Assembly: GCA_951406725.2 (NCBI GenBank)
Contig: OX597815.1
Span: 143,902,001 to 143,966,000 of the forward strand
Source of the DNA: Octopus vulgaris
Taxonomy: Eukaryota
DNA: 64,000 bases
Direction of reading: 5' to 3'
Shown here: positions 42,173 through 56,149 of the stretch, piece after piece
How the letters are laid out: every line of letters begins with the position of its first letter
How positions within the stretch are numbered: the stretch's first letter is position 1
Position numbers and translations under genes: made by a program
The notes under the pieces: model-generated
Told to the model about the DNA's origin: nothing
The model's database searches: none
The model's input: the letters and a program-made list of their open reading frames with translations, nothing else

Positions 42173-42684
42173 TTGCTATGCTATACTGTAACCATGTTGC
42201 CTGAGATACACCAACACGTTAGTAAAGAACAGATACTTAGATAAAATATAAGACAATATAAAAAGACGAACAGAACCACCACCACTACTGCTATCACTAG
42301 TACTATCACCACCAGCATCACCACAACACCTGCAACCATTATCAACACACCACTATCATTACCACCATTATCATTACTAATACCACTACTGCAACCAAGA
42401 CCGTTATCCCCACTGCCATAACTACCACTCCTGCCGCTACCACTACTACCCACAGCAGGACATTATATAACTTCTAGCACCAATGCAGCCGCTAACAACT
42501 GATTTTCACAACACCAACATTACATAACTATTATACATAATTATTATCACCACTGATATTAGCACACACGCGACACTTGCTTCTGTATGGCAAAGTTCAT
42601 ATAATCTTACTTGAAAATGTTTTAAGAATCTTCAGTTTTATTTTGCTCGTTAACGGTCCTTATATCGGTTATTTATAACAATAA

Positions 42685-42995
42685 TTGTAACAAACTTTGA
42701 CACAAGGTTAGCAATTTGGGGTCAAGTAGTTTAGTCGATTGCATCGACTCGACTGGTGTTTTGTTCTTTAGCCCCTAAAGGACGAAAGGCAAAGTTGACC
42801 TCAGCGTGGTTTGGACTCAGAATGTATAGAGCCAAAAGAAATACTGCAAAGCGTTTTTTTCCTACGCTTTGAAGATTATGCCCATCTCCAGGCTGGTTTC
42901 AAAGTTTTCAAAGGAAGAAGTTAGTCGATACCACCGATTCCAGTACTTGACTTGTACTTCATTTTATTGATTCCCGAGAAAGGAAAGGCAAAGCA
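42685..42995 (-). mobile_element. Decayed SINE family B fragments
   Basis: GAAAGGCAAAGTTGACCTC and TTAGTCGAT motifs are shared with family B. Confidence 0.65.
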
Positions 42996-43009
42996 TAAGG
43001 CTAATTATA

Positions 43010-43740
43010 GCCTCGTGTGAACAAGCCATTAGGCAAAAATTGACAAAACTCATTCAGAGAGCAAAAACAGAATCTGTTGAAAAGGAGACGAAAGTATTAA
43101 CCATCAATTAAATGAATGCAGTAACCTAGTACAAAAAATGTATAAGCACCAACATGACTATGCCCGTTAAAAAATGTATTCGGATGTTAGCTGAGTATGT
43201 GAATTCAAAGTAGCAAAAAAGTGGTATGAACACAAGCCGAAGGTTGTGTTAAGGAGTAATAGTTACAAGACTTTATGAGATTTCTCCTTAAAGACAGCAT
43301 ATTGTTAAAGCGGGAACAGAAACGTAGGAACAGTGTAAGATCTTAGACTTTGCATGGCAATATGATAATATCACATGATCACGCAATCTAGCAGACAATC
43401 AGATGTTGTTACACATCGCTAGTCACAATGCGCTTTGCATTGTTTTAGCCAATATGATAATAAAGTAGGTTCCAAAGAAACTGAAAAAAAAAAATGAAAA
43501 ATATCAGGACTAACCAGAGAGATGAAGAGATTGTAGAAGACAAAAATGAAAGTTGTTTCCGTGGTAATTAATGCACTTGGCACAATACCCGAAACAACTA
43601 CCTTAGAGGTCGAAGGATACTGGATTTGAGACACGCCGACCAGCAGAAATGAGCAAGCCTAATTCTACACGAATCCTAAGAAAGATTCCTGCGATTTGAG
43701 ATGACTTATTGCCACTAAACTTCAAAATAACATCCCTGCT
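43010..43740 (+). mobile_element. R4/Dong-like RLE fragment, decayed, carrying an inverted SINE C tail
   Basis: KWYEHKPKVV, KYQDLTREMKRL, VVSVVINALGTIP, TRILRK. Confidence 0.75.
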
Positions 43741-43884
43741 AACTAAAATAGCATATAATAATAATGCAGTACCAAGCAGTGGTTCTCGTGATTTCTGATC
43801 TTAACTGATTAGAAGTGTTATTATATACATTGTTTTGTCTTGGTATAAAAGATGGGCTACAGCAAGTATTCTGCTTAATAACGA

Positions 43885-44177
43885 TGATTTTTAAAATGAA
43901 AATATCTGAAATAAACCCGACTGCTCTCACAAACGAGAATACTAAAAATGAACCCGACCTCTCTCAAAAATTAAGTAAAAAACAACGGAAAAATAATTCA
44001 GAATCCTTATCCGGTACCGGATCGATCCCAAAATTTAAGCAGTTCGTGTCAGTCACGAGGCCAAACATCCCTGATAGTCTCATCACAATCCATCCAGCGG
44101 TTCTTGAGATCTCTTGTCCACGGACAAACAAACACGACTGAAAACAATACCTCCACCTTTGCCAAGGCGGAGGTAAT
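43885..44177 (-). mobile_element. Helentron/HINE (DINE-1-like) non-autonomous element, one end truncated
   Basis: Terminal ACCTCCACC..GGCGGAGGT inverted repeat with adjacent (GTTT/GTCC)-type repeats. Reverse complement of the element at 63290-63680. Confidence 0.65.
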
Positions 44178-44179
44178 AC

Positions 44180-44670
44180 CGCCCTGATGCAGTACCAGGC
44201 ATTGGCTCTCATGATTTCTGATCTTAACTGATTGGAAGTCATATCATGTACATTCTTTTGTCATCGTAGAAAAGATGGACTACAGCAAATATTCTGCTTA
44301 ATAACGCAGATTTGCTTTCACTTGTTTGACCTTAAACAGTTGAGCATGTCCCTGAGTGCCTGACGATATGTGCATCTCTGATCACGAACAGAAGTACTGG
44401 AGGAGCATCATATCCTTGTTTTGAGAGAAATTCTTTGGAATTTGAATAATTCACCTCTGGAAACATGGGAGTTTCAATCATCATCTTTAAACAACCTTTT
44501 TAGCGGGATGGGCTACTCGACCTGAAGAAAATTCTAACTGGACTCCACCTGCAAGGTCATGCGCTGTTTATCTTGATATGAGATCACCATGTCGCGCATA
44601 TATGGTTGTGATGCATGTGCCTTGTGTATCCTTACTAGACGAGTAGCCCGATGTTCTCACCACTGAGTCA
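44180..44670 (-). mobile_element. Interspersed repeat, same family as 7181-7725
   Basis: Colinear alignment visible. Confidence 0.65.
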
Positions 44671-44696
44671 TGCGCCTTCACAACAACAACAACAAC

Positions 44697-44746
<50 letters not shown>

Positions 44747-44904
44747 TAATAATATAGTATATGCATAGACTCAAGATTCCCTTGCATGCATATAAAATAT
44801 ATAAAGGAGGAGGAGGAGGAGGAGGAGGAGGAGAAGAAGAAGTAATAGTAAAAGAAGAAGAAGAAGAACAACAACAACAACAACAATAACAACAACACAA
44901 TAAC

Positions 44905-46417
44905 ATCAAAATTATAGGCCAATACCATGTCTGTCAACAACCTACAAAATCATCGTATAACCGGTTTGTAATACACCTGGAAAAACAACAATGTTTTATC
45001 AGAAGAACAAAAGGGATACCGGAAATGGTATACCGGAAAGGGCTAACCGTAAAGGGCAGCTTCTAGTGAATCGTGTCATTATAGAGGACCGTAAATAGAA
45101 AAAAACAAACCTCAGCATGACTTGAATTGATTACTAGATGGCATTCGAGAGTGTTCCACACTCATGGATACTGGAGTGTATCTGCACAAATAAAGTATTT
45201 CCAACATTACTAAGATATATCAACTATGCAATGGCAAACTGGAAAACCAGCATAACACTGAGAAACGAATCACAAGTTATTAAAAACTGCCTTTTACCCA
45301 TGGAAAAAGGAATTGTCCAAGGAGACTTGCTGTGCCCCCTGCTTTTCTGTCCTGCTAACAAACTTGTTAAATGAAACCACCATGGATTACAGATGCTATG
45401 AAACCATAAACTATCTCCTATACATAGATTACTAAAAAAATGTCACTAAAATATCCACGGAACAGAAAAACCATCTAAAAATGGTCCATAGTTTCAGCAA
45501 GGACATGAGAATGAGCATGGAGTTGGACAAATGTGCCAGAGTCACACTGAGAAGAAGCAAATTAAACAGCACGGAAAACACGGCACTCGACATAGACAGA
45601 GAAGTCACAGAATTAGACTACAATCGCTCATAACAAATATGTAGGAAGAGAAGAAATAACTAAAATACAACAGATAGAAGTGAAAGACAAAATTAGGAGC
45701 GAATACTACAGAAGAATTAGACTAATATTAAATGTTAAAAATAAGATAACAAGAATAAACACGCTAGCCATTCCAGTCACATCATAATATACTGGAAGAT
45801 TAGTGAATTGAGAAACTTAGATAGAAAACCAAAAAACTATTAACAGCTTACCAAAGTCACCACCCCGAAGCAGACACAGACAGAATATATCTACTCTGCT
45901 CAGAAGGAGGTCGCGGTCTGACGCAGATAAAGAACTACCATAAAATAATCGTAGAACGAGAAAAATACTTAGAAACTAAAAGTGGGAGAATACTACATGG
46001 AATACGCAAAAAAGAAAATGCTTTTCTCTATAAACAAAGAGGCCACAAAATATAAAACAAAAACATACTACACTGGTACAGTAATCTCAGATGACAACAT
46101 AGCAGAAATGGTCAAAGAGACAAAAAAAAGCATGAAAACAGAACTAAAAACACACTAAAGAAAAAATGTGGCCAATACCCTGCAAGGATTGCCAGAGAGG
46201 AAGTGAGCCTAAGTAAAAGCCAACAATGGCTGAAAAGCTCTGCATTAAAAGCAGAAACGGAAGGACTGATTCTTACTGCATAAGACCAATGCCTGACTAC
46301 AAACATCTACAAACGCAAAATAATGAAAACAGATCCTAACACCAAATGCAGAATGTGCAACCAGCGCAATGAGACAGTTGACCACATTATTTCCGTCTCT
46401 CCAGTCTTTGCCAAATT

Positions 46418-46499
<82 letters not shown>

Positions 46500-47190
46500 C
46501 ATGACCCAGTAAGTAGTTATATCCACTGGACAATATGCCAACACTATAACAAAAACTAACAAAGAATCTTCTAAACGTGCCAAACAAGGTACATGATAAT
46601 GACCAGGCCGCAATCATCTGGGATATGCCTGTTCAAACTGACAAAGAAATAAAAGTTAATCACTCAAGGACTGGGGGAAAAACGGAGAAATTGCCAAGTA
46701 CAACGACCTCGAAATCAAACTATTCAAGATGTGAGAAATAAATGTGAAAACAATACCAATAATAACTAGAACAAAGGTATGATAAAAAAAACCTATGAAC
46801 ATAAATATAAACAGTATACCTGGAGCTTCAATATTGCACATCATACGCTAGACATTATTATTTCAATAGTACAACACAAATTAAACAATCCACAAACAGA
46901 AGACAATATATATACAAGATACATAATAAAATACATGACCCTCACGACATGTACTCTACAGGCTGGATACCCAACAGAACACAATTCGCATTACACACAC
47001 AACAGAAGACACAAACATTAATATATAAAAAAAAAACTGCAACCAGAACAAACTTATGCAATGCAATACCTGGAAGCGTTTGTGCTACCCCATCAACTGA
47101 AAAAAACACACAATGCTGCACATACCTCAGCAACACGGAGGTGTAGCAGGTGATGCAGTAGAAACCTGCCTCAGAGTACCAAATGGCGAA
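44905..47190 (+). mobile_element. R4/Dong-like LINE (RT, linker, CCHC, RLE, 3' UTR), decayed, ending in (TAA)n
   Basis: NYRPIPCL, EEQKG, AFESVPHSWI, GIVQGDLLCPLLFC, LDKCA, HHPEADTDRIYL..EGGRGL, LKAETEGLI, CRMC..ETVDHIISV, KYNDLEI. Confidence 0.88.
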
Positions 47191-47210
47191 TAATAATAAT
47201 AATAATAATG

Positions 47211-47318
<108 letters not shown>

Positions 47319-47497
47319 TTATAAAGAGGATTGCGACTGTTATTGGTAATAAATAGAAGATAGACACTGTTTATTAAAATGAAAATGAAACGAATGAACA
47401 ATATTTCAACACTCCGTATATAAAATGAAATGAAATTCAAAAATAGGAAACGCTGAAACATTCGAAATTAAACTGGAATAACTGCGTTTCTTTCCAG

Positions 47498-47549
47498 GTG
47501 AAGCGACGTCATCAATCTTCGATCTTTCACAAAAGGTAGCGGAAGGAAG
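47498..47549 (+). other. Candidate 52-nt exon
   Basis: Acceptor GTTTCTTTCCAG|G and donor AAG|GTAAGA are near-consensus, in non-repeat sequence. One frame is open (EATSSIFDLSQKVAEG). Confidence 0.5.
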
Positions 47550-47804
47550 GTAAGACAGAAAAAATAAACAAAAATGAAAGAAAAGAATTGAGGGAAAAAA
47601 TTATTCAGTCAAAAAATTTAGTGTAAATATGGTGGAATTCACCTGCCATTTTATTAATTCCTCCCGGCTGAGGCGTCAACAGTTCACAAATATGTCTATC
47701 TTCATGGGTTTTGAGGACTGAAAGTGCGGTGGAGTGAGGGTATTTTGGGGGACTGTGCACTTTCAGGTCTTCCGCAAATCTACACCCGTTTGATGTGAAA
47801 TGTT

Positions 47805-47844
47805 AATAATAATAATGATAATATTAATATTAATAATAATAATG

Positions 47845-47923
<79 letters not shown>

Positions 47924-48002
47924 CAACAACAACAATAACAATAACAGCAATAATAATAATGATGATGATGACGATGATGATGATGACGACGACAACAACA
48001 AT

Positions 48003-48035
<33 letters not shown>

Positions 48036-48065
48036 AATAGTAATAATAATAATAATAATAATAAT
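47805..48065. repeat. (TAA/CAA/TGA)n tract
   Basis: Directly visible. Confidence 0.95.
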
Positions 48066-48430
48066 CAATGTGGCAATGGCAAGAGATCAGCATATGAAAG
48101 AAAGAAAACGTCGACAAATATTGGTAAACTGAAAATTGAGATCGCCAAGATGTGGCAGCTGCGAAAGTCAACATAAAGTTTGTTCCTGCTGTCATCTGAG
48201 TGTTGGCTTCTATACCACCCAACTTGAAGAAACATCTCAACAATTTAGAAATACACGATATTCTTGGTGCATTGCAAAAATCAGTTTTACTTGGAACTGC
48301 GCGCATACTGTGTAAAGTACTGTCTGGAGTGCTTGTTGTGACTTGACAGACAGTACAAATCCCCGGTACACACAATATCGTCAATCTACAACATTCAGAA
48401 TATTGGAAGCGGTGCGATGTCTTACATAAT
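48066..48430 (+). mobile_element. R4/Dong-like RLE 3' fragment
   Basis: LKIEIAKMWQL, VPAVI*VLASIP, LQKSVLLGTARILCKVL. Begins at a (TAA)n tract. Confidence 0.8.
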
Positions 48431-48434
48431 AAGA

Positions 48435-50030
48435 ATATGGATTTACCAAAGAAATAAACATGAAATCTAGCTTAGAAAAAATGTGTCAAAGCATCCTTGA
48501 AAAGAGGAAAACTAGTTAAAAGTAGCAACATCACACTAGATAAAGCAAATGAAATAAGAGAATAAGGCCAAAGCCAGACATGCAAATGCTTAGGAATCAA
48601 TGAACTAGATACAATACAACACACACAAATGAAAAAGAAGATAAGAAAATAATACTATAGATGAGTTAGATTAATACTGAAAACAGAGCTCAATGCGAAA
48701 AACAAGATAATAGGTTTCAACACTCTAGCCGTCCCAGTTATATGTTACAGCTACAATATTCTTAACTGGAATCTAAATGAACTAATCAAAATAGACGGGA
48801 AAACAAGAAAAATAATGGCAGGATTTAGAATGCACCATCCAAAATCTGACATAGAAAGGTTATATATACAACGTACAGACGTGGTAAAGGCCTAATGCAG
48901 CTAGAAAACAATTACAAAATAACCACAATAGGACTACAGAGATACCTAAACAAGAAGCAAAGAATACTAATACAAATAAGCACAAAACACGAACAAAACA
49001 AAAAAATGTTTTCAGTTTTTAAGGAAGCTGACAAATACAAAAAAGAAGTCATAGTGCCTAACAACTATGAAGAAAAAGAAAAAAAAACAACAAAAGCTGT
49101 AAAAGAACTGAAATCCAAACTAAAACTGGAATAACAACGGATCATGATAAAACGATGGCAAGAAAAGTCCCTTCATAGCAAATACTGGATTAAACAAAAA
49201 ACAAAAAAAGACATAGACAAAGCACAATCCCAACAATGGCTGAGAAGCTCAGGACTCAAAGCAGAGACTGAAGAACTTTTAGTTGCGGCAAAAGACCAAA
49301 TCCTCCACACCAGAAATTACTAAAAACATGTAAAAAAAATAAACTAATATGTGGAGATGGACAAGAAACAATAAATCATATTGTCTCTGGCTGCCATGCC
49401 ATGGCTAAGAAGGAATAAATTCACAAACACGACAGAGTTGGGACCTACATACACTGGAAGCTGTGCCAACACTATGGAATAACAAAAGGAAAAAGATGGT
49501 ATAGGCACACGCCAGAAAAGGTCACAGAAAATGAGAAAGCAACTAGAGGTAACTTGAATGCGGAGTCTAAAAACAGAAACGATTCCTATCATAGTAGGCG
49601 CATTAGGTATGATAAAAAATATTCAGACAAATACATAACAAAAAACACCAGGACTAACAAGTATATATAACATACAAAAGATAGCATTACTAGGCACCGC
49701 ACACGTCCTACGTAAAACAGTTTCAATACAATAACAATGAGAGCATCACAACAAACCACAACACATACCCAAGGCACATATATATAGTTATATATACAAC
49801 GAAGTGAAGGAGGTAGAGGCCTTATACAACTAGAAAGCTACTATAAAATAACCACCATAGTATTACAAAAATATCTAACCCAGAACCAAAGAAAACTAGT
49901 ACAAATAGCCACAAAGCTTGTGCTAAACAAAAAAAAAACAGCTTTCTGTTTTTAAGGAAGCCGAAAAATACAAGGTCATAGTGCCTGACAACTATGAAGA
50001 AAAAAGAGCATACAGCAAAAGCTGTGAAAC
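48435..50030 (+). mobile_element. R4/Dong-like LINE (thumb, linker, RLE), decayed; 49785-50030 is a second homologous linker fragment
   Basis: LEKMCQS (LDKC-like), ELNAKNKI..NTLAVPV, MHHPKSDIERLYI, WLRSSGLKAETE, HDRVGTYIHWKLC, IPIIVGALG, IQKIALLGTAHVLRK. Confidence 0.85.
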
Positions 50031-50075
50031 ATACATACATACATACATACATACATACATACATACATACATACA

Positions 50076-50106
<31 letters not shown>

Positions 50107-50649
50107 TGTCTAGTTTCGTTTTTGTATTTGGTTTGAAAGATTCTTTATGTGAATTTGTGTGTTGAAACATATTTTACTGTGTCTGGGGAGATGCTTTCTC
50201 TTTTACTGCCTTAATACTCACCGGCTCGATTTCCACTCATTTACTTATTTATTTTTCCTAAAAGTTTTGTTGCGTCATGCAACCTCTTCGATAGTCGTTG
50301 ACTCTGTCTTAGTTTCTTCATTGTTTATTGATGCCCTTGCAGTACAAAGTAACTCCTTCACTGAACGTCCATACATTGTATGTCTTATAGATCTACGTCA
50401 CCGCAGTATTGCTTTATCTTTGCAAGGAATTTCAATATATGTATTTCTTGTCCTATGACGATTATTGTTTTATAACAACACATGTTTCAAAACAGTGGCT
50501 GCTGCACGTAGCAAGAGGTGTTCTAAACATGACTATCTTTTTTTAAAGATTAGGATATGACTTGAAAGAGATTTGGTTGCTATTTCTAGCAAATCGAACG
50601 ACCAACTAAGCGTCCCTAATTCTGTCGACGTCATTGTTTCTGTCTGTCC

Positions 50650-50731
<82 letters not shown>

Positions 50732-51606
50732 AGTTGGTTCGTTAATTTCTAGATGGGGTCAATACATGGCACACTGAATATTAAAGAGTTGAATTGAAGC
50801 AATAAAGCTGGGTGTAGAGCAGAGGAGGAGACATTACAATTGTACAAGAGGAAAGAGATAAAGACAGACTTAATAATCAAAGCTAGATTATATCAGATTG
50901 ATTGGGTAAAACAACACAGTGCAACCAATAATCGTTGTTCAACCAACTTCCTAGATAAGGACTTTCAACGTGTTGCCTAATAGCGTTCCTTCCTTATTAG
51001 TTCTCTGTTCTAATTTGATTTATTGATATTACCAGATAGCAGAATAAACACAAAACACTCTCTTTAAGATTCACTTGTTTAGTGGCCTCACTTTTTATAT
51101 TGCTTCACTATCCTCCATCATTATCCATCATCAATGCCTACTAACATCACCAACCTCAAAACCACCACCACCATCACTACCACCACTACCACTGCCACCG
51201 CCGCTACTATTACTGCTACTACTACTGCTGCTACTACTACCAATACCATTTGTTCCATCATCATAGTTATCTGCATTACTGTTGTTATCATCCTCAATCA
51301 CGGTCCCACGTTCCTACCCTCACCTATAACAACCACTACTAAAATCACCGTTACTAATAGCCCCTACCGCCACATCCATCTCCACCGTCACTAAAATCAG
51401 CTTAATCTCCAGCTTCCTTCACCCACCACCACCACGACGTTACCATTATCATCATCATCACCATTAACAACATCATTATCATCACCATAGCTCATCACTT
51501 TAGCCGCCATCCTGTCTCTATGGAATTATCAAAATATTTCTATCTTTTCGCTAAATGACTTTTTTTTTTATAAGAAGTTTGATGTTTCCGAGGGAAAGAC
51601 AAAGAG

Positions 51607-51667
<61 letters not shown>

Positions 51668-52815
51668 TACACAGAACAAACATATCAGCTCTTTAGAGAT
51701 CCCTTACTGTGAGTGAACATCATCTGTTACGGATCTGTCCTAGCGATTTCCAGATATTTCGAATTCTTGGACCACATTTAGAAAGCGTTTAAGTTTGTGA
51801 CACTTATGTCTGACTAGAAGTCAACAAACAGTTCCGCTTTTTTTTTTGTTCTGTTTTAATTTATTTTACAGTTTTAGTTATTTATTTGTCTATTTAATAA
51901 TTTAGCGAGTGAAGGAAAGGCTTCACCCATAAGAGTTTCTCTTAGAATAGTGGGAGAAGCAGATATCCTCGAACCGAGGACCTGAATCGAATGTTTGTAA
52001 CAGAATGGAATCCGAAAAAGACAACCAAGGATCCGTAAGTGATGTTAAACCAGGCAACGAATTAACTTTAACATCCACTAGGCTTTGATGGGATTTGAAC
52101 CCAGAACGCAAGGAGAGAGAACAAATAACGCAAGGCATTCAATCTGACGTTTTTCCAGTGCCACCAATCAACATATTACCCACTGTTATCGATCCCGAAA
52201 GGATAAAAGAAAATGTTGAGCTCAGTGGGATTTGAACCCATAGCACAGACTATGAGAACAGGTACCATAGCAGAGTCTTGTAGACTTTAACTGATGGGAA
52301 AACCTATCCCGAAATCACTTAATCGAGAAGTATTTTCTTGCGTTTGATGTCTTTCAAAGACAGCTCGATGACCATCATATTTAGTATGGACCATAATGGA
52401 AACCTCTGCATATTCAATTAACCTGCTCGAAGTAGGGAAAAAATTTCCTTGGAATCATAAGTAATCCTACTCTAGTGTCTTACTAAATAAGTGTAAGAGA
52501 ATGGCAATACAGAATATGGGATGGTCAGAGCTGGAATACCTTTGATGATAAGTGTATTCGATCAGTGACGACATGTGGTTAAACAGCAACTATATGGCTA
52601 CATAGCCACAAAAATGGTCACAAAATGTGATGATACCCAAGAGATGGTCAAATATACGAAAGGATAGAGATTTAGTCGTGTGTGTATGTGTGTGTGTGTG
52701 CGTGTGTGTGTGTGTGTGCTTGTGTATGAGTGTATGTATGTAAGTGTGTGTGTGCGTGTGAGTTTGTGTGTGTGAGGACAATCGATTTAACATCAAAATA
52801 AACCATGATACCTCT

Positions 52816-52872
<57 letters not shown>

Positions 52873-53036
52873 CACATTACATATGTATATATGCATATAT
52901 ATATTTACAAAGTATGCATATACGTATATATGTATACACACAAGTATGTATGAATGTATGTGTGTATGTATGTATCGTTATGTATATATGTATGTTATGT
53001 GTGTTTGTATGTGTTATGTGTGTATGTATGTATGTG

Positions 53037-53067
<31 letters not shown>

Positions 53068-53381
53068 TTGTATGTATGTATTATGTATCTATGTTTGTAT
53101 GTATGTATGTATGTATGTGTTTGTCTTACATGCAGAACAAAGTTTTCGTCTTTTCTGAAGGAGCAACTGCATGCCGTGGAAAATTCATAGCGACAGGCCA
53201 ATGGACCGGCATACATTGAGTGTGTAGCTGTATGAGTGTGCGTGTGTGTATGTATGTGTGTGTATGTGTTTTTCCTTGTGTGTCCATTCCTCCATCCATT
53301 CATTCATCCATATATATGTACACACATACATAAATATTTATACACACACACATACACACACGCATATATGTGTGTATAGAG

Positions 53382-53509
<128 letters not shown>

Positions 53510-54108
53510 CGTAATTATATATATGTATGTATGTATATACGCATACACTCATTATAATAGTTTTATGACAATTTCACTTTCCAATATACAATTCTACATT
53601 CTTTCTGAGGGTGTCTATATATATATATATATACCTTTAGGAGTGTATCTGCCTGTCCCACCATGTCTATGATCATATATGTGTGCATATGTAAATGTAT
53701 GTATGTGAATATGTGTGAATGTGTGTGTGTTTCTGTGCGTCCGTGCGTGTGTACACGTGTTTGTGTTACATATTAGAGACATCCTTCATTTTAAATATGT
53801 GTTATTGAAACCAGTAATATCCTTTTTATGAGGAATGTTTCATATTTCCTCATTAGAGCTTTATATTTTGTGTGGATCAATAAAGTTCGGCGGATGCTTC
53901 AATGTCATTGAAATCCTGGACATATCTTGTCGATGAAATGATTTTAGCGCTGGTTGTTTTTACTGTTTATATTGTAGGTAGTAGCCATGATAGCGGTGTG
54001 TGTTTCTGTCAGTATGTCTCTCAAGACACAAACACACATACATATATGTATGCGTGCATGTGCGTGTGTGTGTATGTATGTATGTGTGTGTGAGTGTGTT
54101 TATATCTA

Positions 54109-54163
<55 letters not shown>

Positions 54164-54166
54164 ATA

Positions 54167-54230
<64 letters not shown>

Positions 54231-54557
54231 AAAAAGGGACAGGCAAAACAGGTTGCTTGACCGCATACCGAAAAAATAGAAATAGCAGTCAAGAATGCTT
54301 ATTTCTATCAAAGTTGGACTCCGGGCATGACAGACCCTGTAATTCACATATGCAAAACAGAAGGAATAGATATACATATATATATGTATGTATTATAATT
54401 ACATGTATATACTTGTGTACACGCATGCATACATGCACACACATATGTTTATATGCATGTATATATGTGTATGTGTGCGTGTGTGTGTATTTTTCTCACT
54501 TCGACATACATTGATGGTAATACAACACATACACACGCACGCATATACATACATACA

Positions 54558-54592
<35 letters not shown>

Positions 54593-56149
54593 TTTTATCT
54601 TGAGAATTTTATAACCCTTCACATGAGTAAATTTTTTTTTTTTTAAAAGGAGAAAATGTGCCAAGAATTTCATGAAGGAAGTATTTTTACATTTTTATCA
54701 AAATATGCTACCAATTTCAATCGCATAAGATTACAATTTGGTCATGCTAAAATTTAAGGAAAATATATTGAAATAAATTCAATTAAATTTATCTTTTTCT
54801 AAAGCATCCTTAATTGACATCACTAATAATTTTATCTTGTAGTTTGAAGACTAGTTGCTCCTACCTGACATTTGCCTCCATATTGAGGAATTCTTAACAG
54901 AAATTCTTTGTACTGCTCTTTTACCTATCTATTCAGATGACGTAACTGACCAATGGAGGTCTCCAAATATTCTCCTTTAGAAGCCATTTTATAATTCTCC
55001 TCCTTCAAATCCTGGACATCTGATGAGGCCATTGCTACCAACTGTCTACCCTCTTTCTCCTTCTCTAATTACGCCCATACCTTTCTACCTATTCAGTATT
55101 CTCTCTCTATTACCAAACAACCTTCATTCTTTGGATTTTCCCATTTATTCACCCATTCTGTACTTAAATTCCCTGCGTTATGATCTGAACCGCTAGATGC
55201 CAATCTCTCCATCTTGAAGACGGAGGCCGGATTTACAGTTATGCATCCACTACTGGTTGCATATCCTTTTTTGCACATGCCATCGGTCAACTTTACAAGT
55301 ATTACGTAAAAATAAAATCTGTCAAAAGGACGAATGAATCCGGTCTAGACTGACCGACCTATCTAGCAACAACACGAGTTGGCACCCCTCAGCTTTTGTT
55401 AAAGTATGTCCCTAAGAAAAGGTTACTCTGATACAAAACCTCATATGCAAGGAATGGTCTGGGGCATTTTGGGGATAATTTGCTTGCGCTTGAGATCATG
55501 GCACTTCCACATACCTCAGCTTGTGATCCGTATTGGCACTTAGTATCTTGCCTGGGTTTGTCTCTGGATCATGTCAGTAGGTGCTTTATTGGACTCAATA
55601 TTTTGCACATCCATTGTTTTGCCATTGATGGTTTTACGCATCCTCGAATTCACAAATATCATGTATGTATGTAAGAATTCCTTTACAAACAAGAAAAGAT
55701 TGTTATTTATTTGAATCTCTCAATATTCTAATACTCGCGTTTCTATTTCCTACAGAATTTAAATCCAAATTCATATATTAGGTTTCATGATGTTTCATAT
55801 CTTTAGTTTTATAACCATTTGTAAGTAGGGTCTGTGTGACAAAACATACTGCCTATAATATTTACAACCAAAGCAATACACCTATCCTAATCTCTGACTG
55901 GTCAATAGCAGCTAAATAGAAATCATATAGTCATTATCAATATTATATTCTCTGAAGATAAAGGTAATTTTTGGATGGGAAGTTTAACCGTTATTTATAG
56001 AATACTATAGTGGAAACGTTGCCAGTATCATGCTGTCCAGTATTATCTTTTTTACCGTAGGAAATACCACAAGTATTGCTATTTTCGAGCCAACATTAGG
56101 ATACAATTTCTGGTTAGTTTTTTTTTTCTTTTTTCTGCATCACACATCA

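Noticed and set aside
50255-50295. Hammerhead-like GAAGAG-GTTGC..GCAAC-AAAAC on the minus strand
   Set aside because: Both core segments deviate and only stem II is evident, so it is too weak to call.
53125-53220. Possible exon on either strand
   Set aside because: Splice signals are weak or conflicting between strands, and the peptide is not recognisable.
55020-55045. CTGATGAGGCC hammerhead core
   Set aside because: No closing stem II or GAAA follows.
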